Below, piece after piece: positions 33,645-49,273 of a stretch of DNA of 64,000 bases. Position 1 is the stretch's first letter. The number at the start of each line of letters is the position of its first letter. The notes below the pieces were generated by a model. It was not told where the DNA came from, searched no databases, and saw only the letters and a program-made list of their open reading frames with translations. The translations under genes were made by a program, and so were the position numbers. The DNA comes from Utricularia gibba. Its lineage: Eukaryota > Plantae > Magnoliophyta. The stretch is from positions 3,162,001 to 3,226,000 of the forward strand of contig NEEC01000011.1 in NCBI GenBank assembly GCA_002189035.1, in the 5' to 3' direction.

Positions 33645-35998
33645 TCAGACATCCCTTGTGCTCTGGCGGTCCAACCGGTTTGCGGCGGCTGCTCGTCGGT
33701 GAATCGTGCGGGCGCCACCATCCTTCCTTCTATCATAGTAATCTGATTCCAAGTTGAGTCCATTGCTGGGGGGCATTGCAGAGAATCTTCCTGAATGATG
33801 ATTTACTGGTCTGTAGTAGTCATCTGATTTCAAATGCGTAGTGTCATGTCTTTGAGGGCGCTTGAATGCTCTGGTGGGGGAACTTCTCCGCTTCACTCGG
33901 CTCAGATCACTATCTTGTGAAGATCTGCACTTGTTCTGTGAGGATGGGCAGCCTCTTGGTGCAGGGAGGTAGCAATCTTCGTATCCTGGTGCTGAATCTT
34001 GTTTTAGCTTCGGCTCTCTGACTCGTTCCATCCTACTTCCAGACCGGTAATCCGGCAACCTGCTGCGACTTCTGCTTGAGGTGTGGTTCCATGTTCTTGA
34101 TCTGGAACGAGAACTTCTATGGGGGAAATGCTTGCGAGAACTCCTTCCTGAATCAAGGGAAGAACTGTGGTTTCGTCTGGATGAGCGTGGAAACCACATA
34201 GATGCTTCACGTTGATGGGCAAAATCCTCAATATCATCAGTGTGATTCAAATGACTCCTTTCACTCCTAAAAGTGCTGGCTTCCTGCGTTAGCGGCATTC
34301 TTCTCCTTACTCGAAGATAATGCTCCTCCACTTGGATAGAAGATCGTCTCATGATGGATCGTTTCCTAGAATTGGAGGATTTCTCAGTGAATTCCAATGG
34401 TGGTTCACATCTACTCCAGGATCCTGGTTCAACATGTTTTGCACCATGAGAAACGTCAGTGCCACCTTCTGCCATCTCATGGAAATCAGCCGCATCAGTC
34501 TCATGTCCATTCCCTCCATCTGATTCGTAGTCACCATTTTCCTCAGAGGAATGCATACGAGAACCCCTTAGTTCCCCCTCCTCGTATGGGGAATTGTATC
34601 CTTCCTTGATGATCGTTGAGTTGTTTCCATCATCTGTGCAAGCCTGAGAAATATCGGAGACTTGTGGCACTTTCTTATCAAAACCGCACACTCCATCAGA
34701 ATGCGTTGGATCATCAACTGGACTATCAATATGCCTCCTGTTGGTCCCTTCTAAAAATTGATTATCACTCTGATGATATGGAACAACCTCAGCAAATACT
34801 AAATGGCCTAAGCTGCCAGATTTTGCAGCGCCAAAGGTTAAAGACTTGCAACTTTCCCCGTTGGAGTCAGCAGTTAAAAAAGATTGGCCATCTTCAATAC
34901 CTATAAAATTTCACAGGTAAGAACAAGAAAGAAAAAAAATGGACCAAGTCTACAATACTAACAGAACTGCTGATCAGAGAAACAAGGTACCATGTAGATC
35001 AGCAGATTCAGTGTTCGAACACAAATTTCCGGTTTGGGAGCCTTTACCAGAAATACTCGCTGCATAATTTTCACTTATTGAAACAGAGTCACAAAACAAA
35101 AATTGATTTTTGATCCTCCCAGAAGATTCAGGCTCAGAGTTAACTTGTGACGAAAACAATGGCCCACTTGCTTCCGGTTTCCCATCAAATGCCTCAGTAC
35201 TTGTATCAACAGCTGCATTCGAGAGTAGACAGCCACTGGATACCCTTTCACCCTTTTCCATATTGATATCATCCTTCGATTCAGAATCATATGGTTCATC
35301 CCAGTCATCCATCGGAATGTTTAAATCCCAGTGCTTTCGATTCACTGCCTTCGTCAAAACTCCACCAACGGTGTTGCCCCCCTCAGACAAATTGTAAGTA
35401 AGTCTCTCGGATTCCGAAACTGATGATGAAGCAGAAACGGATGAACCAGGGGTTTTCAATTTCAGTGATGAATCTTCCGCAACAGGACTCTCTTTATAAA
35501 CATTATCAGGTTCATCATTCATACTAGCAGCAGCAGCAGCAAGAAGCTCAATGCCAGAAAAATCCCCTGACAGCATAGCGATAAAGATCAAGAATTTTCA
35601 TTAAAGTTCACTTAATCTTCAGAGAAAGGGCCTCTCTCACCTGAGTGACTCCAGGACGCATATATCGCATTTTCTGCTCTAAAGAAAGTGAGGGAAAACA
35701 ATGTCTTTTCTTAATGGGCACATTCCCCAGGTTTCTGGGGCTTACTTGCCCGAAGCATTCACCAAACTGCAAAAACACCTTATATGAACAGTTATGCACT
35801 GGAAAAATTAGACATAACAAAATATGGAAAAATTACCTTTTCGGTATCAGACCCAGAAAAATCCCCAACTCTTTTAGGGCTAGCGAGGTTACAGAATTTC
35901 GTAGACGCATCCCAGCGTAAGCGTCTAGGCAACAGCCTCTTGGATCTCCTACCTTTCTTCACGAGCTTCCACATCAATTCTTGATTGCAGGAGTTCAT
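33645..35998 (-). CDS. Uncharacterised Ser/Arg-rich, probably nuclear, plant protein; multi-exon
   Basis: In-frame GT-AG joins (…GSDTEK|FGECFG…). Motifs VPIKKR, DFSGIELLAAAA, HWDLNIPMDDW, YEEGELR and SRSRLPDYRSGSRMERVR resemble a family of uncharacterised plant proteins as I recall it. Confidence 0.7.
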
Positions 35999-37332
35999 GG
36001 CGTCAATCCGCCTAACAGAAGCCCTTAAAAAATATACGGTCTATCACCGCAACGCAAATGGTTTCTCAAAAACGTTTTCCATGATTGGAACACTCGGTTG
36101 CAGGAAAAGCATCAGATCCAGTTTCATAATCCAAGACATCCTCCATGCTCAATGAAAATCACTCTTCAGTTAATCATTTCGTCACAACAAAATCTCTTCC
36201 CCGCCCGAATCTCGTTTACAGAACCACAACCAATGCGGCGCCACGCCACCGCCCGCAAGCCGTGAAGCGCCCCGAGGCGAGGCGATTCACAACCACCACC
36301 GAGGGATCGACGCCTCGGAGGCGGTGTCAGTTCCTGATAAGAGCGGCGAAGAATTATCAGATTTGGAAGGACCAATCTCATCGCACTCACCCTCACTCCA
36401 TTTTATGCTTTCTTTTTCCATTTCCCTCAATGACGAAACTACCCTCGATGCCCTAGTGCCCTTTTTCTTTTTTTATTTCCCCCTTATATTCATGCCCAGT
36501 AATATCCCCAGAACCGAATCTCTGTCCCCAATTAAATGCCGGTGATGCCAAAAATCCACCCCTTTGATTCCCAAATCAGATTTTGCTGATTTTGAAAAAT
36601 TACTAGTTTTTAAAAAAATTATCATTCCATTTATAAATAATTTATACCCCAATTGCACTTGCCAGGATATCTTTGTTTTTTTTTCTAATATATTTTTTAA
36701 AAAGCAGTTATAATAAGTTATATAATTTTTTTAATGAAATTTTTTTACAGAAGTAAAAACTATTTCAAATACATTCATAACAAAGCACACAACAGTTACA
36801 TTAATTAGGATTTACTGTTTTTTACGCATTGTAATATGTACGGCAAGCACATGGTGTAATAATATTATCTATTTGGGTGGGGGTAAATAGTGAAAATGAG
36901 CATGCCAAATATACTACTATTACTATATAAACAAACTGAGAAAAAAGGCAAAACCAAAAGGATTCTGAATGGAGGTAGAGGGCTGAGCCTCCAATAACCT
37001 GTCTTTAATCAAGGGCAAATAATAGAAGATAAGTGACCTGTGGTCCTGTTTTGACGCTTACCTATTGAAGATTGAAGATGAAGGAAGTGTGGCCCTGGTT
37101 TGATTCAAGATGCGTCAATGCACATGCGTTTCCAAGGTTAACTTCAAAGGGGGACTCCTCCTCCTGCAAATGATCCAATCTCTGGGTGGTTTGGTTTCCC
37201 ACTGAAACACAGGATGGTGTAGGATAACAAGGAAAAGGGCTGTAATATATGCAAGCAATCAAGCATCTAGTATACACTTGTAAAAGTTCAAACCAAACTG
37301 TGACATCCCCCGTCGTTGCTAGAGAAGGCTGG

Positions 37333-38405
37333 CTATAGATTCACTTTATTCTGTGTCACACAAGGGGCTGCTGGTACCTTGAAGGCTTGGCATTTCCAGG
37401 TAGATGTTTCCTCGACAGTGACCAAGGTTTTGGTTGTTGTCTGCGGTGGGAAGGAGGACTCCTTGGTTGTATTGTCTTCGGGATTTTGAGTGGCTTGGGG
37501 CTTTAGTTCATCCCTTTGGTTAGTTTGATCCCTGAAGCTACAAATGCTCAGTGGCAGCTTTTTCTGCTTCATCCTCCCCTTTTCTTGCCAGCAGTATCAC
37601 ACGATTCTGTAGGGCAAGTCTCCAGTTTTGGCTGATCTGTTTTAGTGGAATGCTGTTCCTGTTCCACCAACCTTGGCACACTATCATCGTTCGTCTTTGT
37701 AGCATTCAAATCATCCATGATCATATCTGTCTCCTTGGCTGGAGATTCTGAATTCTCTCCTGTGGTCATACCATCTCTTGTGGCCTGAGAGGAGCCGTTT
37801 TTATTTTCATCAGCTGGTGGAACTGCACTTTGGATACTAGCTCTATCTGAAGAAGAGCTCTTGAGTCTCTTCTCCTTCTGGTTCTTCGATTCAGAACATG
37901 ATGTATTCTTCAAAATTCTTGGAGAACTATTGATGGCCTGATGTAATTTTCGGGCAAGTTCTTCATCTCCTCTGGAGTTCTTATTGCTTCTGTTCTTGCT
38001 GTACAGTGCCTCGACCGCAACATGCTTCTTCATCTTATTCTTCCTTAGTTGTTTTTCTCTGCTGGATATAGTGGCAACTAGATCCAAGGCGCTCTTAGCT
38101 GCGGCCATTGCACTTGCTGCTTTCAAAGCCTTTACTTCAGCATTAGCCCTAGCGGCCTCTGCAGCACTCGCAGCTTCTGCTGCAGCAGATCTAGAAATTT
38201 CAACAATCTCATCATTGGAGAGGTTGGGGTCATTCAGCTTAGCCCTCAACACACTATTAAGACGACTGTCATATATGGGATTAACAATATGAGAGGCGGA
38301 TGGAGGAGGGCGATTAACATCGGAGCTCTGTCTCTTCAATCCAGCTAGAAGCCGTTTTCGAGGTGGCAAAAGTGAATCTGCATCACACTTATTTGCTGCC
38401 TCCAT
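37333..38405 (-). CDS. Uncharacterised plant protein (LPPRKRLLAGLK family); apparent -1 frameshift at 37576-37579
   Basis: LLPPRKRLLAGLKRQ, an Ala-rich helix, DEELARKLHQAINSSPRI. Adding one G gives KKRGRMKQKKLPLSICSFRD, which joins ORF 37333-37572 ending WKCQAFKVPAAPCVTQNKV. Confidence 0.75.
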
Positions 38406-40624
38406 CTACTTGCTCTACCCAATAACAGGGAGCTCTGGATATCCTGCAGATGAAAAAGCTCAGCTGAAACCAAAACTCCCATGAGCAAGTATCAAGATTA
38501 TGCATAAATTGAACGTGTTCTGGCTATATGCAGTAACAAGAACGACATAAAACCTGGACCAAAAAGATTGCCGTCAGATATAAATTAGGGTTTTAATTCC
38601 GAAAAAGCACCAAAGGCTAGACTCCAACAGATCATGGCTTTCAGGTTTTGCATCTAACAGTATGCTCAAACGCCAATTCCCCTCTTGATGACGACAAAAC
38701 CGCAAGCTAAAAACGAGCCATCCAATTTTAGGTTACATAAACGAAGAGAAACAAAGTCCCTGCCTAAAAAAAATGCAGAAATCAAATCCCATACCTGCAA
38801 CCAGGTCACAAATCAGCAGGTGGAAAGATCAGATCATTCAACCATCATCACACCCTCGCGCATCATCTTAAATGAAATCCTACAGAAAAAATAAATAAAA
38901 AGCAGAGACGATTCAACCTATTCAACCATAATATATATCCTCCGATTTCCCCCAATCCGTGCCTCAACACTTGCACCAAAACGAGGCCGCGCAGGCAAGA
39001 CTCCGGGAGAATGCACCCCCGCGCCGCAGTGCGTGAGATTAGATCAATGCAGAGGTAAAAGAAATCCAAGCAGGACGGTAGTGGTTTCAACGTCGGGCTC
39101 CGGTCACCAGCGACGGTTACATCGGAATTGCTGGATTGGTCAGTGGTTGGGTTAAGTGAAGGATTCGTGTCAGAAGTTCAGGCTTTCTGTTTCTTCCGTC
39201 CGTTTTGGCAAGTGATGGGAGGAAGAGCCCAAGGGCCGAAAGGAGGGGGGACGTACCCGATATTAAGATTTTTTTCAAGTGAAATGTGCTTTGACGAAAC
39301 TACCCTCCCCGCCCTAACCCATCCCCATCTCCATGATTAATGTGAATTTCAATTTCACCTCAAAACTTCCTGTTAATTCCCCCCTGCGGGGCCCACATCC
39401 ACGCCCCCTCCACGTAGCTTTGTCTTCACCCCCGCAGATTTCAAGGGCCTTTCCTTGAAAAAACGAAGACCCAAAATCATGGTATCCATCCATTTCCACT
39501 TCATTTTCAAGCATTTGAATTTGGGTTTCATGTTGATGCATCCCAAGCCCTGTTGCGAACCGAGACAGATCCGCGTCGGATGGTGCGGTGCGGGACGGGA
39601 CACGGCCCCGTGTCCTGGGGGTCGTCGATACGGATCGGCCGTACATGAATGACTTGACAACCAGAGAGCGGAACGTGAGCCAGACGGTTCCTCCTTTCCG
39701 TTAGTAAAGATGCATAAATCCAACATACGCTGCGCCTCTCTTGTGTTGGGTCAATGCCACCACTCCCTGTCAAAAGCTCCCCTCCCATGCTCTTTTATTC
39801 CTTCAATTCACATACTCAAGTCTTCTTTTCATTATTATTATATCTATGCTTTTTGAATGCTAGTTATTCAATCAAAATGTGGATAAGGAATATACCACAC
39901 TAGAAAGAAAGAAACGCATGAAAAGGTAAGGATGAATGCAGAACTATTTATTATAAAAAAAAACACATTTCTTCAAAAACATTTTTCTAATATTAATATC
40001 GATAAACCAATCCCAAATACATGGAGACAAGATTGAGGGGATTGGTTCGAGTCTCATTTAGAAAAATGATCAAACGTACCATTTATATTACAAAGTAAGT
40101 TTAGATGATGGCATAAATCTCAATGATAATGCTGAGTTTCCAATGAATGAAAGGGTTCCATCAAAATAAAATTATAAATATCTTAAATGAATCTTACATT
40201 AATTATGTATAAAACAGGAAAATAATTTATATAGAGTGAGTAATCTTATATAACATCATGTTAGATATTTTACTCAAAAATAAATAATGTCAAATGATCA
40301 TAGATTGAATTTTCGAAACGAATAATATCATATAATCATAATATAGGGATTTATTACATTTCTAATACATTAGGTTGATCTATTAGAAATGAATAGTGAT
40401 TTTGAATAGTGTGTTGCGTGGAGGGAATAGTGTTTTGAGTTTTGGAAAGAGAATTTTTACAAATTTGGTAAGGAGAATGAATGGGCCACGTGACGAGGAG
40501 CATTTACTAACAATTATAAATATTAATAATAATAAAAGTTTACGAATTATGCAAGGCAGGGGAGGGCAGGGGCAGGCATTCAGTGATGTAATAGGGCTGG
40601 CGGGCTTTTAACTACTCCAAGCAA

Positions 40625-42380
40625 TCAGCGCCACGCAGACGCGAAGGCCAGCGGTTTTCCTTTCCACGCGAAGCAGATCCCGCCGGCGTCCAGGCTGAGG
40701 CTGAATCCTGAGGTGACACGTGTGGGGGCATTTAATTTCGCCCGGAGGGACTCGCCGGCGCGTGTGCTCACTGGGAGGGGCTGAAACCCTGCCATGCTGA
40801 GCCTCGCCCGCCACTTGCCGAAGACCTCGCAGCGCTCCACGCGCTCCCGCCCCTCGCATGCGATGGAGTTGGTTAGTTTTAGTCCGAGGCCGTCGACGAT
40901 CCTTGTCCGGTCGGGGTGGTCGGGGGGAGAATGGCGTCCAGGGACTCGAGCAACGCGGCGTAGTAGTCGTACGCGTCGCGGACGCGCGTGACCAGCGGCG
41001 CGGTGTTGGTGTTCAGTTCTTGCTCCACAACGGTGACGACGGCGGGGGACAAAGTCTTCACGCGGCGGAGGAGCGCGTCGCGGGGATTCTCCACTGTGAC
41101 GCTCTCGTCGGGGAGATTGTGGAGTTTGAATGCGAAATTCACGGCAAGTGCTTCGTCGGGGTTGATTTCGAGCTTGTCACGGCTGAGTTCGTCGATTTTG
41201 AAATCCCTGATGTGAAAGCGGAGTGAGACTCCGTTATTCGCAGCCAGGGCCCTGAGATCGTCTCCAACTAATCTCAGACTCTCTTTACCGGCACCGCCGT
41301 AGGCAAAGGCGGTGATTGTGAGAGACATGGCGGCCTTGCCCTCGTGTTTCGCATTCGCCGCCAGGGTACGAATCAAATGGACGTACTGACCTCCTTGCCC
41401 TAACTCGAACTCCAGGACATGTATTTTCTGGAACGAGAGCTCCGATGTTGCTTCAAGAATTGCGAGATTTGCAGCCATGAAACCAAGCATAAAGCAGGGG
41501 GGAACACAATAAACCAAACGGGTCGCCGCCGCTTGTTCGTCCGAATAACCCTCGGCTCCCGCCGGAAACCTTCCCACCGTCGATTCAACCCGCGCTTTCA
41601 AAGCCGAAACCATGTACTCTACCAACTTCTTCTCCGAAAAATTGTTCTTCGCCTTCGCTTCCTGCAGAAGGCGCGTGAGAAGTTCATTACCGGATTCCGG
41701 TTTCCCTTCAGAAATAGCCACCGCTGCTTCAATTAAGGCTTGTTTAGAACATAAGGGAGGGTGAGACGCAGAGGTGGAGGTGCAAGACGAAGAGGATGAA
41801 GTGGGCGACGGAGAAAGATGTTTCTGAACGGGGCTAATCAGATCGCGAATCGCCTCCGACCATTCGCGTTCCGTAACAACGGAAGCCGCGTCACCATCGT
41901 CTTCATCGTCGAGAAGCTTCCTTTCAAGCTCTTGCAGCCGACGATTCATCAAACTCTTGTCCGAATCCTCCTGATTTCCAAACTCCACACGCCGACCAAA
42001 TCCCTCCACCGCAGTGTCCAAAACCCGCAAATTATGAGGCGTCTGATGCCGCAGAATCGGAAACCCATACCTCGGATTCGACAACTCCGGCCGCGACAGA
42101 GGAGACGCATGGTAACCGTAATTAGCCCTCATCCTCACGTTCCGAAGGTAAAACTCCATCGCCTGCTGATTCTGTTGAAACTCCATCAAAGACCTCTTCC
42201 CCATAAACTCCCCACTTCGGATCTGGCCTGGAATCTCCTGCCCACCCGGCAACCTCAAAGAAAACTGCTGTTGCTGGGTAGAAAACTGGTCACACCCCCG
42301 CCACCGCTCTCCGCACCCACGGGTCTCCTCCCACCGCAGTACAACAAATCTGGCGCATCCGCCGGGTAGCCGGAAGACAT
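40625..42380 (-). CDS. SCL8: GRAS transcription regulator, SCL8-like, intronless; apparent -1 frameshifts at 42295-42299 and 40922-40927
   Basis: MGKRSLMEFQ, LQELERKLLDDEDD, SPTSSSSSCTS, FMAANLAILEA, KIHVLEFELGQGGQYVHLI, LAVNFAFKLHNLPDESVTVENPRDALLRRVK, IACEGRERVERCEVFGKWRARLSMAGF and SAWR*. Confidence 0.93.
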
Positions 42381-43419
42381 GATTCGGCCCAGAAGACGGT
42401 AGATTCAGCCGGACAAAGCCTTCATAGAGAAGGAAAGAAAAGCGGATGCGTTGAGGGGTTGGTTCAGAATTTGTTTTCAATGGGGGAGAAGGAAGCTTGG
42501 CGTTGTTGCCGTCATTCATTATAAGCACAGAAAAACTAAAAAGAAGGGGTTTAATGGGAATGCATTAATCTCCAATTAATGACTTTCTTTCCATATTTTC
42601 ATAAAGGTTTTCAAACAATTCATTTATTTTATAATTCGATTATTCATCATTAAATAATTAATACCTTTTTATTTTCTTCGGTATTAAATATTTTAAAAAA
42701 TAATACAACGTAAACTACCAAATATTTTCAAATTATTATCTGTTTCAATTACACAATCCTTTTATATTCTCTATTTTCAGGAAAATCTCTATTTATTTTA
42801 AGCATGTACCTTCCTATTGGAAACCAGTGTAAAATATCCTAGTGTTTCTAGTTATAATGTTTAGAATAAACTAAAAAAATCATTTAATTAAAAAAACCAA
42901 CTAATATATATGATTATTTTAAAATGGCATATGTATTAAAAATATGCATGATTGATGTCGAATATAATAATATAATATTATCATCATTTATTAATCGTGT
43001 TTAAATTAGAATAAACTCAAATTCAATGAATTAAATCTGTTTTAAATAATAATTTTTGAATATAATTAAAATTATTAAGTCCTTTTTCATTCATCCTATT
43101 TTTGGAACGGGATTGAGAATTTACCATCTAACCACTCCTCCAAAAGAAAAGCAGAAAAGTTTTTTTTAATAGATATTTCTAATTTCGGGAGGGGCGAAAA
43201 GGACATTTAATAGAAGAAGAACAGTACGACAAACGGCCACGTCTCGTGTGCGCCCCACATCTGAAGCTATTCGGTTTCCAGAGGTTGGGCTGCGCCGTCG
43301 GATGGACGGTCCAGATTTCGCGGCTTCACGTGGCACACGCTTTCGCAGCGGAGGATAATCGGGTGTGGTTAGAACTAATTCATACCAACTTACCCCTCTG
43401 GGTTGCATCGTCTTCTACA

Positions 43420-44480
43420 GGGGTGACGTGACCTGCAATGCAGCACGCACAGCATGGTCCCCTGGGGATAGCATTAGGCGCCGCATGGCGTTTGTCGTGA
43501 TTCCTTTGGCTGTAGCTTCTTAATTCTGGGATTCAAGTAGACCCTTTTCGATTTCATTGCTTGTTATTGGTGGATTAGAGGCAGCTCTGGTCGCCTGCGG
43601 CCTAACTGCTGCTATGGGCACCTCTCGTCAGAAAGATGACGTGGTGGGTGCTGCTGCTATGCTTCTTCCGGTGGAAGTTATCTGCCGTGCTCACCTGTGG
43701 AGTGAAGACAAGGAGGGGAGGCTGTGAACCAGACACACACCATTAGAATAAACATGTATATTTACAAAGCGGGGGCTCTTCTGCAAACCTGGATTCATGA
43801 ACGGAGAAGTGGGAGGCATTCAGCGTCTAAGATTCTTGCCTGAAAATGGAGGGGGGTTGCAGGGACACTAAGAATGAGATCGAAATGCAGAGGGAGCTTC
43901 CGGGGGCTTGGGGAAAAGGATCATCCATGATGTCAAGAAGGGGAATCCGAGTAAATCATCCATCATCAGCTGATTGACATGAAAACAACAAACACAAACC
44001 ATGGTTTTTTCAGAAGCAGCATGAACTGAGAGAATAGTTGCCGGAAACGTAATACGCCGCAATGGAAATTGAACATGACTGAGCGAGGTAGAGTTACGGC
44101 ACAGCAACAGCAAAGACCCACAACACAAACGGTGATATGCATTCAATGATCGAACAAACAGCATCACTTTCGGCGAACCATAAAACTAACCTGCACAGTG
44201 ATTCTTTTTTTAGTTGTAGACTGCTTTACCAAGAACGAGGTTCCTTAAATATCGTCCTCCCCTGCCGCCGCCTCTCTTCATCGCCCTCCATCCAAAGCCT
44301 CCCAGACTCGCTTCTGCCGCTCCATCCCTCAACCGCCTCTAAATCCGCCGCCATCACCATGACCTGTTACAAATAGGAATCAATTATCGGTGTTCTTGGA
44401 AAACCATTCTTCTAGGTTGGAAAATCAATGCAGCTTCAAATCTTCCGATGGTATTATTGCAACCATCAAGCTAGGGTTTA
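43420..44480 (-). other. Candidate unannotated multi-exon transcript (small protein or lncRNA)
   Basis: On the minus strand there is a telo-box AAACCCTA (plus 44474-44481) with site-II-like elements upstream. Several pyrimidine-tract AG acceptors and GT donors bound GC-balanced segments, e.g. one reading MVMAADLEAVEGWSGRSESGRLWMEGDEERRRQGRTIFKEPRS. No long ORF. Confidence 0.25.
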
Positions 44481-44899
44481 TGCAACAGAGTAAATTTCTT
44501 GGAAGCCCAAATGCTTCAAGCCTGCTATCAACCCCAATTCAAAAGCCCACTCCATGAGTGGCCCTGATTTTACTGATTCAGCAGGATTATTTTTCCATAC
44601 CGTGGAGACTGCAGTGAAGATGGCCGGCTCGGGAGGACCGGTGGTCAAATTTTCCAGCACCCGCCCAGTTTCTGGAAGCGTCAATTATGCGAGAGGATTT
44701 CAACGTTCCAATTCAAACCATGCTGCTGGTTTCGCCGATCGGCGAAGTCAGTGTGGGCGACACATGAAGCGAAATGTCGACGGAAGCGTGCGACGACGCG
44801 TTATGCGTACTATATATACATATGTGCCTATATTCGGTAACCACGACTGCTCATAAGAAAAAAAGAAATTTTATAATTCTGGTTTGAGGAAAAATAGCG

Positions 44900-46779
44900 A
44901 TGGCGGTTTCCACCCTCACGGGATTGTTGAATCACGTCGCCCAAGTCTATGGTTCACGCCGAGCGATCGCCGTTTCGGGGAAATTCGATGTTACGCATTC
45001 GCGGTTAAGTCGACTCGTTGATGGTGCCGCGGCGCAGCTTTTCGAAGCCGGCGTTAGGCCTGGGGATGTTGTCGCCCTCGCCTTTCCGAATACTGTTGAG
45101 GTATTACATTAAGTCTCCTCGGATTTACGTCAAATCTGGTTCCAAATGTTTCATTCTCTTAGCTGGTGGATTTGCATGGCGGAATTCGGAATCTGTGAAA
45201 CATGCCATTTTGAGCGCAACGATCATGTATCATTTATTCAATCGTGGCAATTTTTTTTTTTTTTTTTTTTGCAGTTTGTGGTGATGTTTTTAGCGGTGGT
45301 ACGCCTCCGCGCAACGGCGGCGCCGCTCAACGCTGCCTACACAACCGATGAATTCGAGTTCTATCTCGCGGATTCTGGATCCAAATTTCTGATAGTATCA
45401 AAAGAAGGAAACTCAGCGGCCGAATCAGCAGCCGTGAAGGTCAACATTCCTCGTCTCTCTGCCTCACTTCCGGAAGCTGATTCGGAGATCATTCTTTCCC
45501 CCGTGGTGTCCAATGTTGACACTGCTTCAATTGATGGAATCATCAACGATCCATCAGATGTCGCTCTCTTTCTCCACACTTCCGGGACTACGAGCCGGCC
45601 TAAGGGGTGCCCCTCACTCAACAAAACTTGTTCTCATCGGTGCAGAACATAAAATCTGTGTACAAATTGACGGAGCTGGACTCAACCGTGATCGTCTTGC
45701 CTCTGTTCCACGTGCATGGTCTGGTTGCAGGGCTGTTGAGTTCACTAGCTGCAGGGGCCGCTGTTGCTCTCCCTGCGGCCGGGAGATTCTCAGCCTCAAC
45801 CTTTTGGTCAGATATGAACAGATACAACGCCACATGGTATACAGCGGTTCCCACCATTCATCAGATCATCCTTGAACGCCATCATAGCATCCCGGAGCCT
45901 GTATATCCCAAGCTCCGGTTTATTCGTAGCTGCAGCGCATCTCTAGCACCTGCAGTTCTAGCTCGGTTGGAAGAGGCATTTGGGTCTCCTGTTCTTGAAG
46001 CCTATGCCATGACTGAAGCTTCCCATTTGATGTCATCCAATCCATTGCCTGGAGAAGGCCCCCATAAGCCAGGATCTGTGGGTAAACCTGTTGGTCAGGA
46101 GATGGCCATTTTGGACGAAAATGGCGCTGTCCAGGAAGCTGATGTCAACGGAGAAGTATGTATCAGGGGCCCAAATGTTACAAACGGGTATAAGAACAAC
46201 TTGGAGGCCAATAATTCAGCTTTTCAGTTCGGATGGTTCCATACAGGCGACTTGGGGTACTTCGATTCCGATGGATATTTGCATCTCGTGGGAAGAATCA
46301 AGGAACTGATCAACCGTGGAGGTAAAAATGCCATGTTTCTTTCCCTTTCCGCCCTAAACATCAACGCCATGATTTTGTTCCAAACAAAATAACCATTGCT
46401 TTCTTGTGCAGGTGAAAAGATATCGCCAATTGAAGTCGACGCTGTCCTTCTTTCTCACCCCGACGTCGCTCAGGCTGTTGCTTTTGGCGTACCCGATGAC
46501 AAGTACGGAGAAGAGGTGAGGAATCTGTTTGTTTTTTTGCTTCCTCATCGTTCCATAACAAAACTACTGCTCCAGATAAACTGCGCTGTAATCCCGAGGG
46601 AAGGATCAAATCTTCAGGAGATGGAGATCTTCAGGTTCTGCAAGAAGAACCTCGCGGCTTTCAAGGTCCCCAAGAAAGTGTTCCTCACAGGTTCGGTTCC
46701 CAGAACCGCCACCGGAAAAATTCAACGCCGAAGTGTTGCAGAACACTTCATCAAACAGCACCAAATGCCCGTCCACTAA
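44900..46779 (+). CDS. AAE3: Oxalate--CoA ligase (AAE3-like acyl-activating enzyme), 4 exons; apparent -1 frameshift at 45604-45607
   Basis: ALFLHTSGTTSRPKG(V)PLTQ AMP-binding motif, VLPLFHVHGL, WYTAVPTIHQI, LRFIRSCSASLAP, VLEAYAMTEASHLM, WFHTGDLG, GRIKELINRGGEKISPIEVD and PRTATGKIQRR. Confidence 0.95.
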
Positions 46780-47099
46780 TATTTTAATTTAATTTTTTTA
46801 CTTTTAAATTTAATTTTTAAAAATATTCATTCAACTAGTTATTCTTTAAACCGATTCTAGAACAAACATGACTCTCTCGTAAACATGTCACAAACAGTAC
46901 GGAATAATTCTTGATTTACTTATATTGAAAAAAGGTAAACAAACCTAACCGATTCACCCGACACCCACCATCCACATCATGGGTTTCGATTAACAATAGC
47001 CTATTACGACACCGTTCCACCAGAAGACAGTCAAATAACAAAGCACGCAAATGGTTGTCGTCCCCGGGCAAGAGGGGAACGTCGCAGCAAACAGACTCT

Positions 47100-48827
<1,728 letters not shown>

Positions 48828-49273
48828 TTTCCTTTTCTTTCTCAAACTTGCGCCGGAGAGAGCAGAAGAACAGAAGCTTGAACGTTACACAAAAGCGGTA
48901 GGGTTTCTTTCCAGCTAATCCTCTGGGTTGATTTATACTGAGCCAGTGCAATTTGAAATTTGAATTCCATTTCATGAAGGCTCAACATCGTGGGCCCCGC
49001 TCGGCACGTGACCACAGCTGTGGACGCACGTGGGGTAGCTGGCCCACACAATTAACGGTACCTTAAATTGCCATTGACTGGATTTTGTGTTGGGCTTGTG
49101 ACACAGGCTCGATTGCATAGTAAGCCCAATAGTTGTAAATGGGCTCGGAGCAGGCCCATGTTAGGTGCCATGTCATTCTCCAATTGTTGAAATTTTAAAA
49201 AGGAGAAGGTTTCAGTACAAGTCCAAGGCTGTGCTAGAGCTTCCTTCTCGCCTTTCTCCTCCTCCATTCCCAC

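Noticed and set aside
40044-40053. GGTTCGAGTC resembling a tRNA T-loop (also GGTTCGAA near 19504)
   Set aside because: No T-stem pairing, acceptor stem, D-arm or anticodon arm around it.
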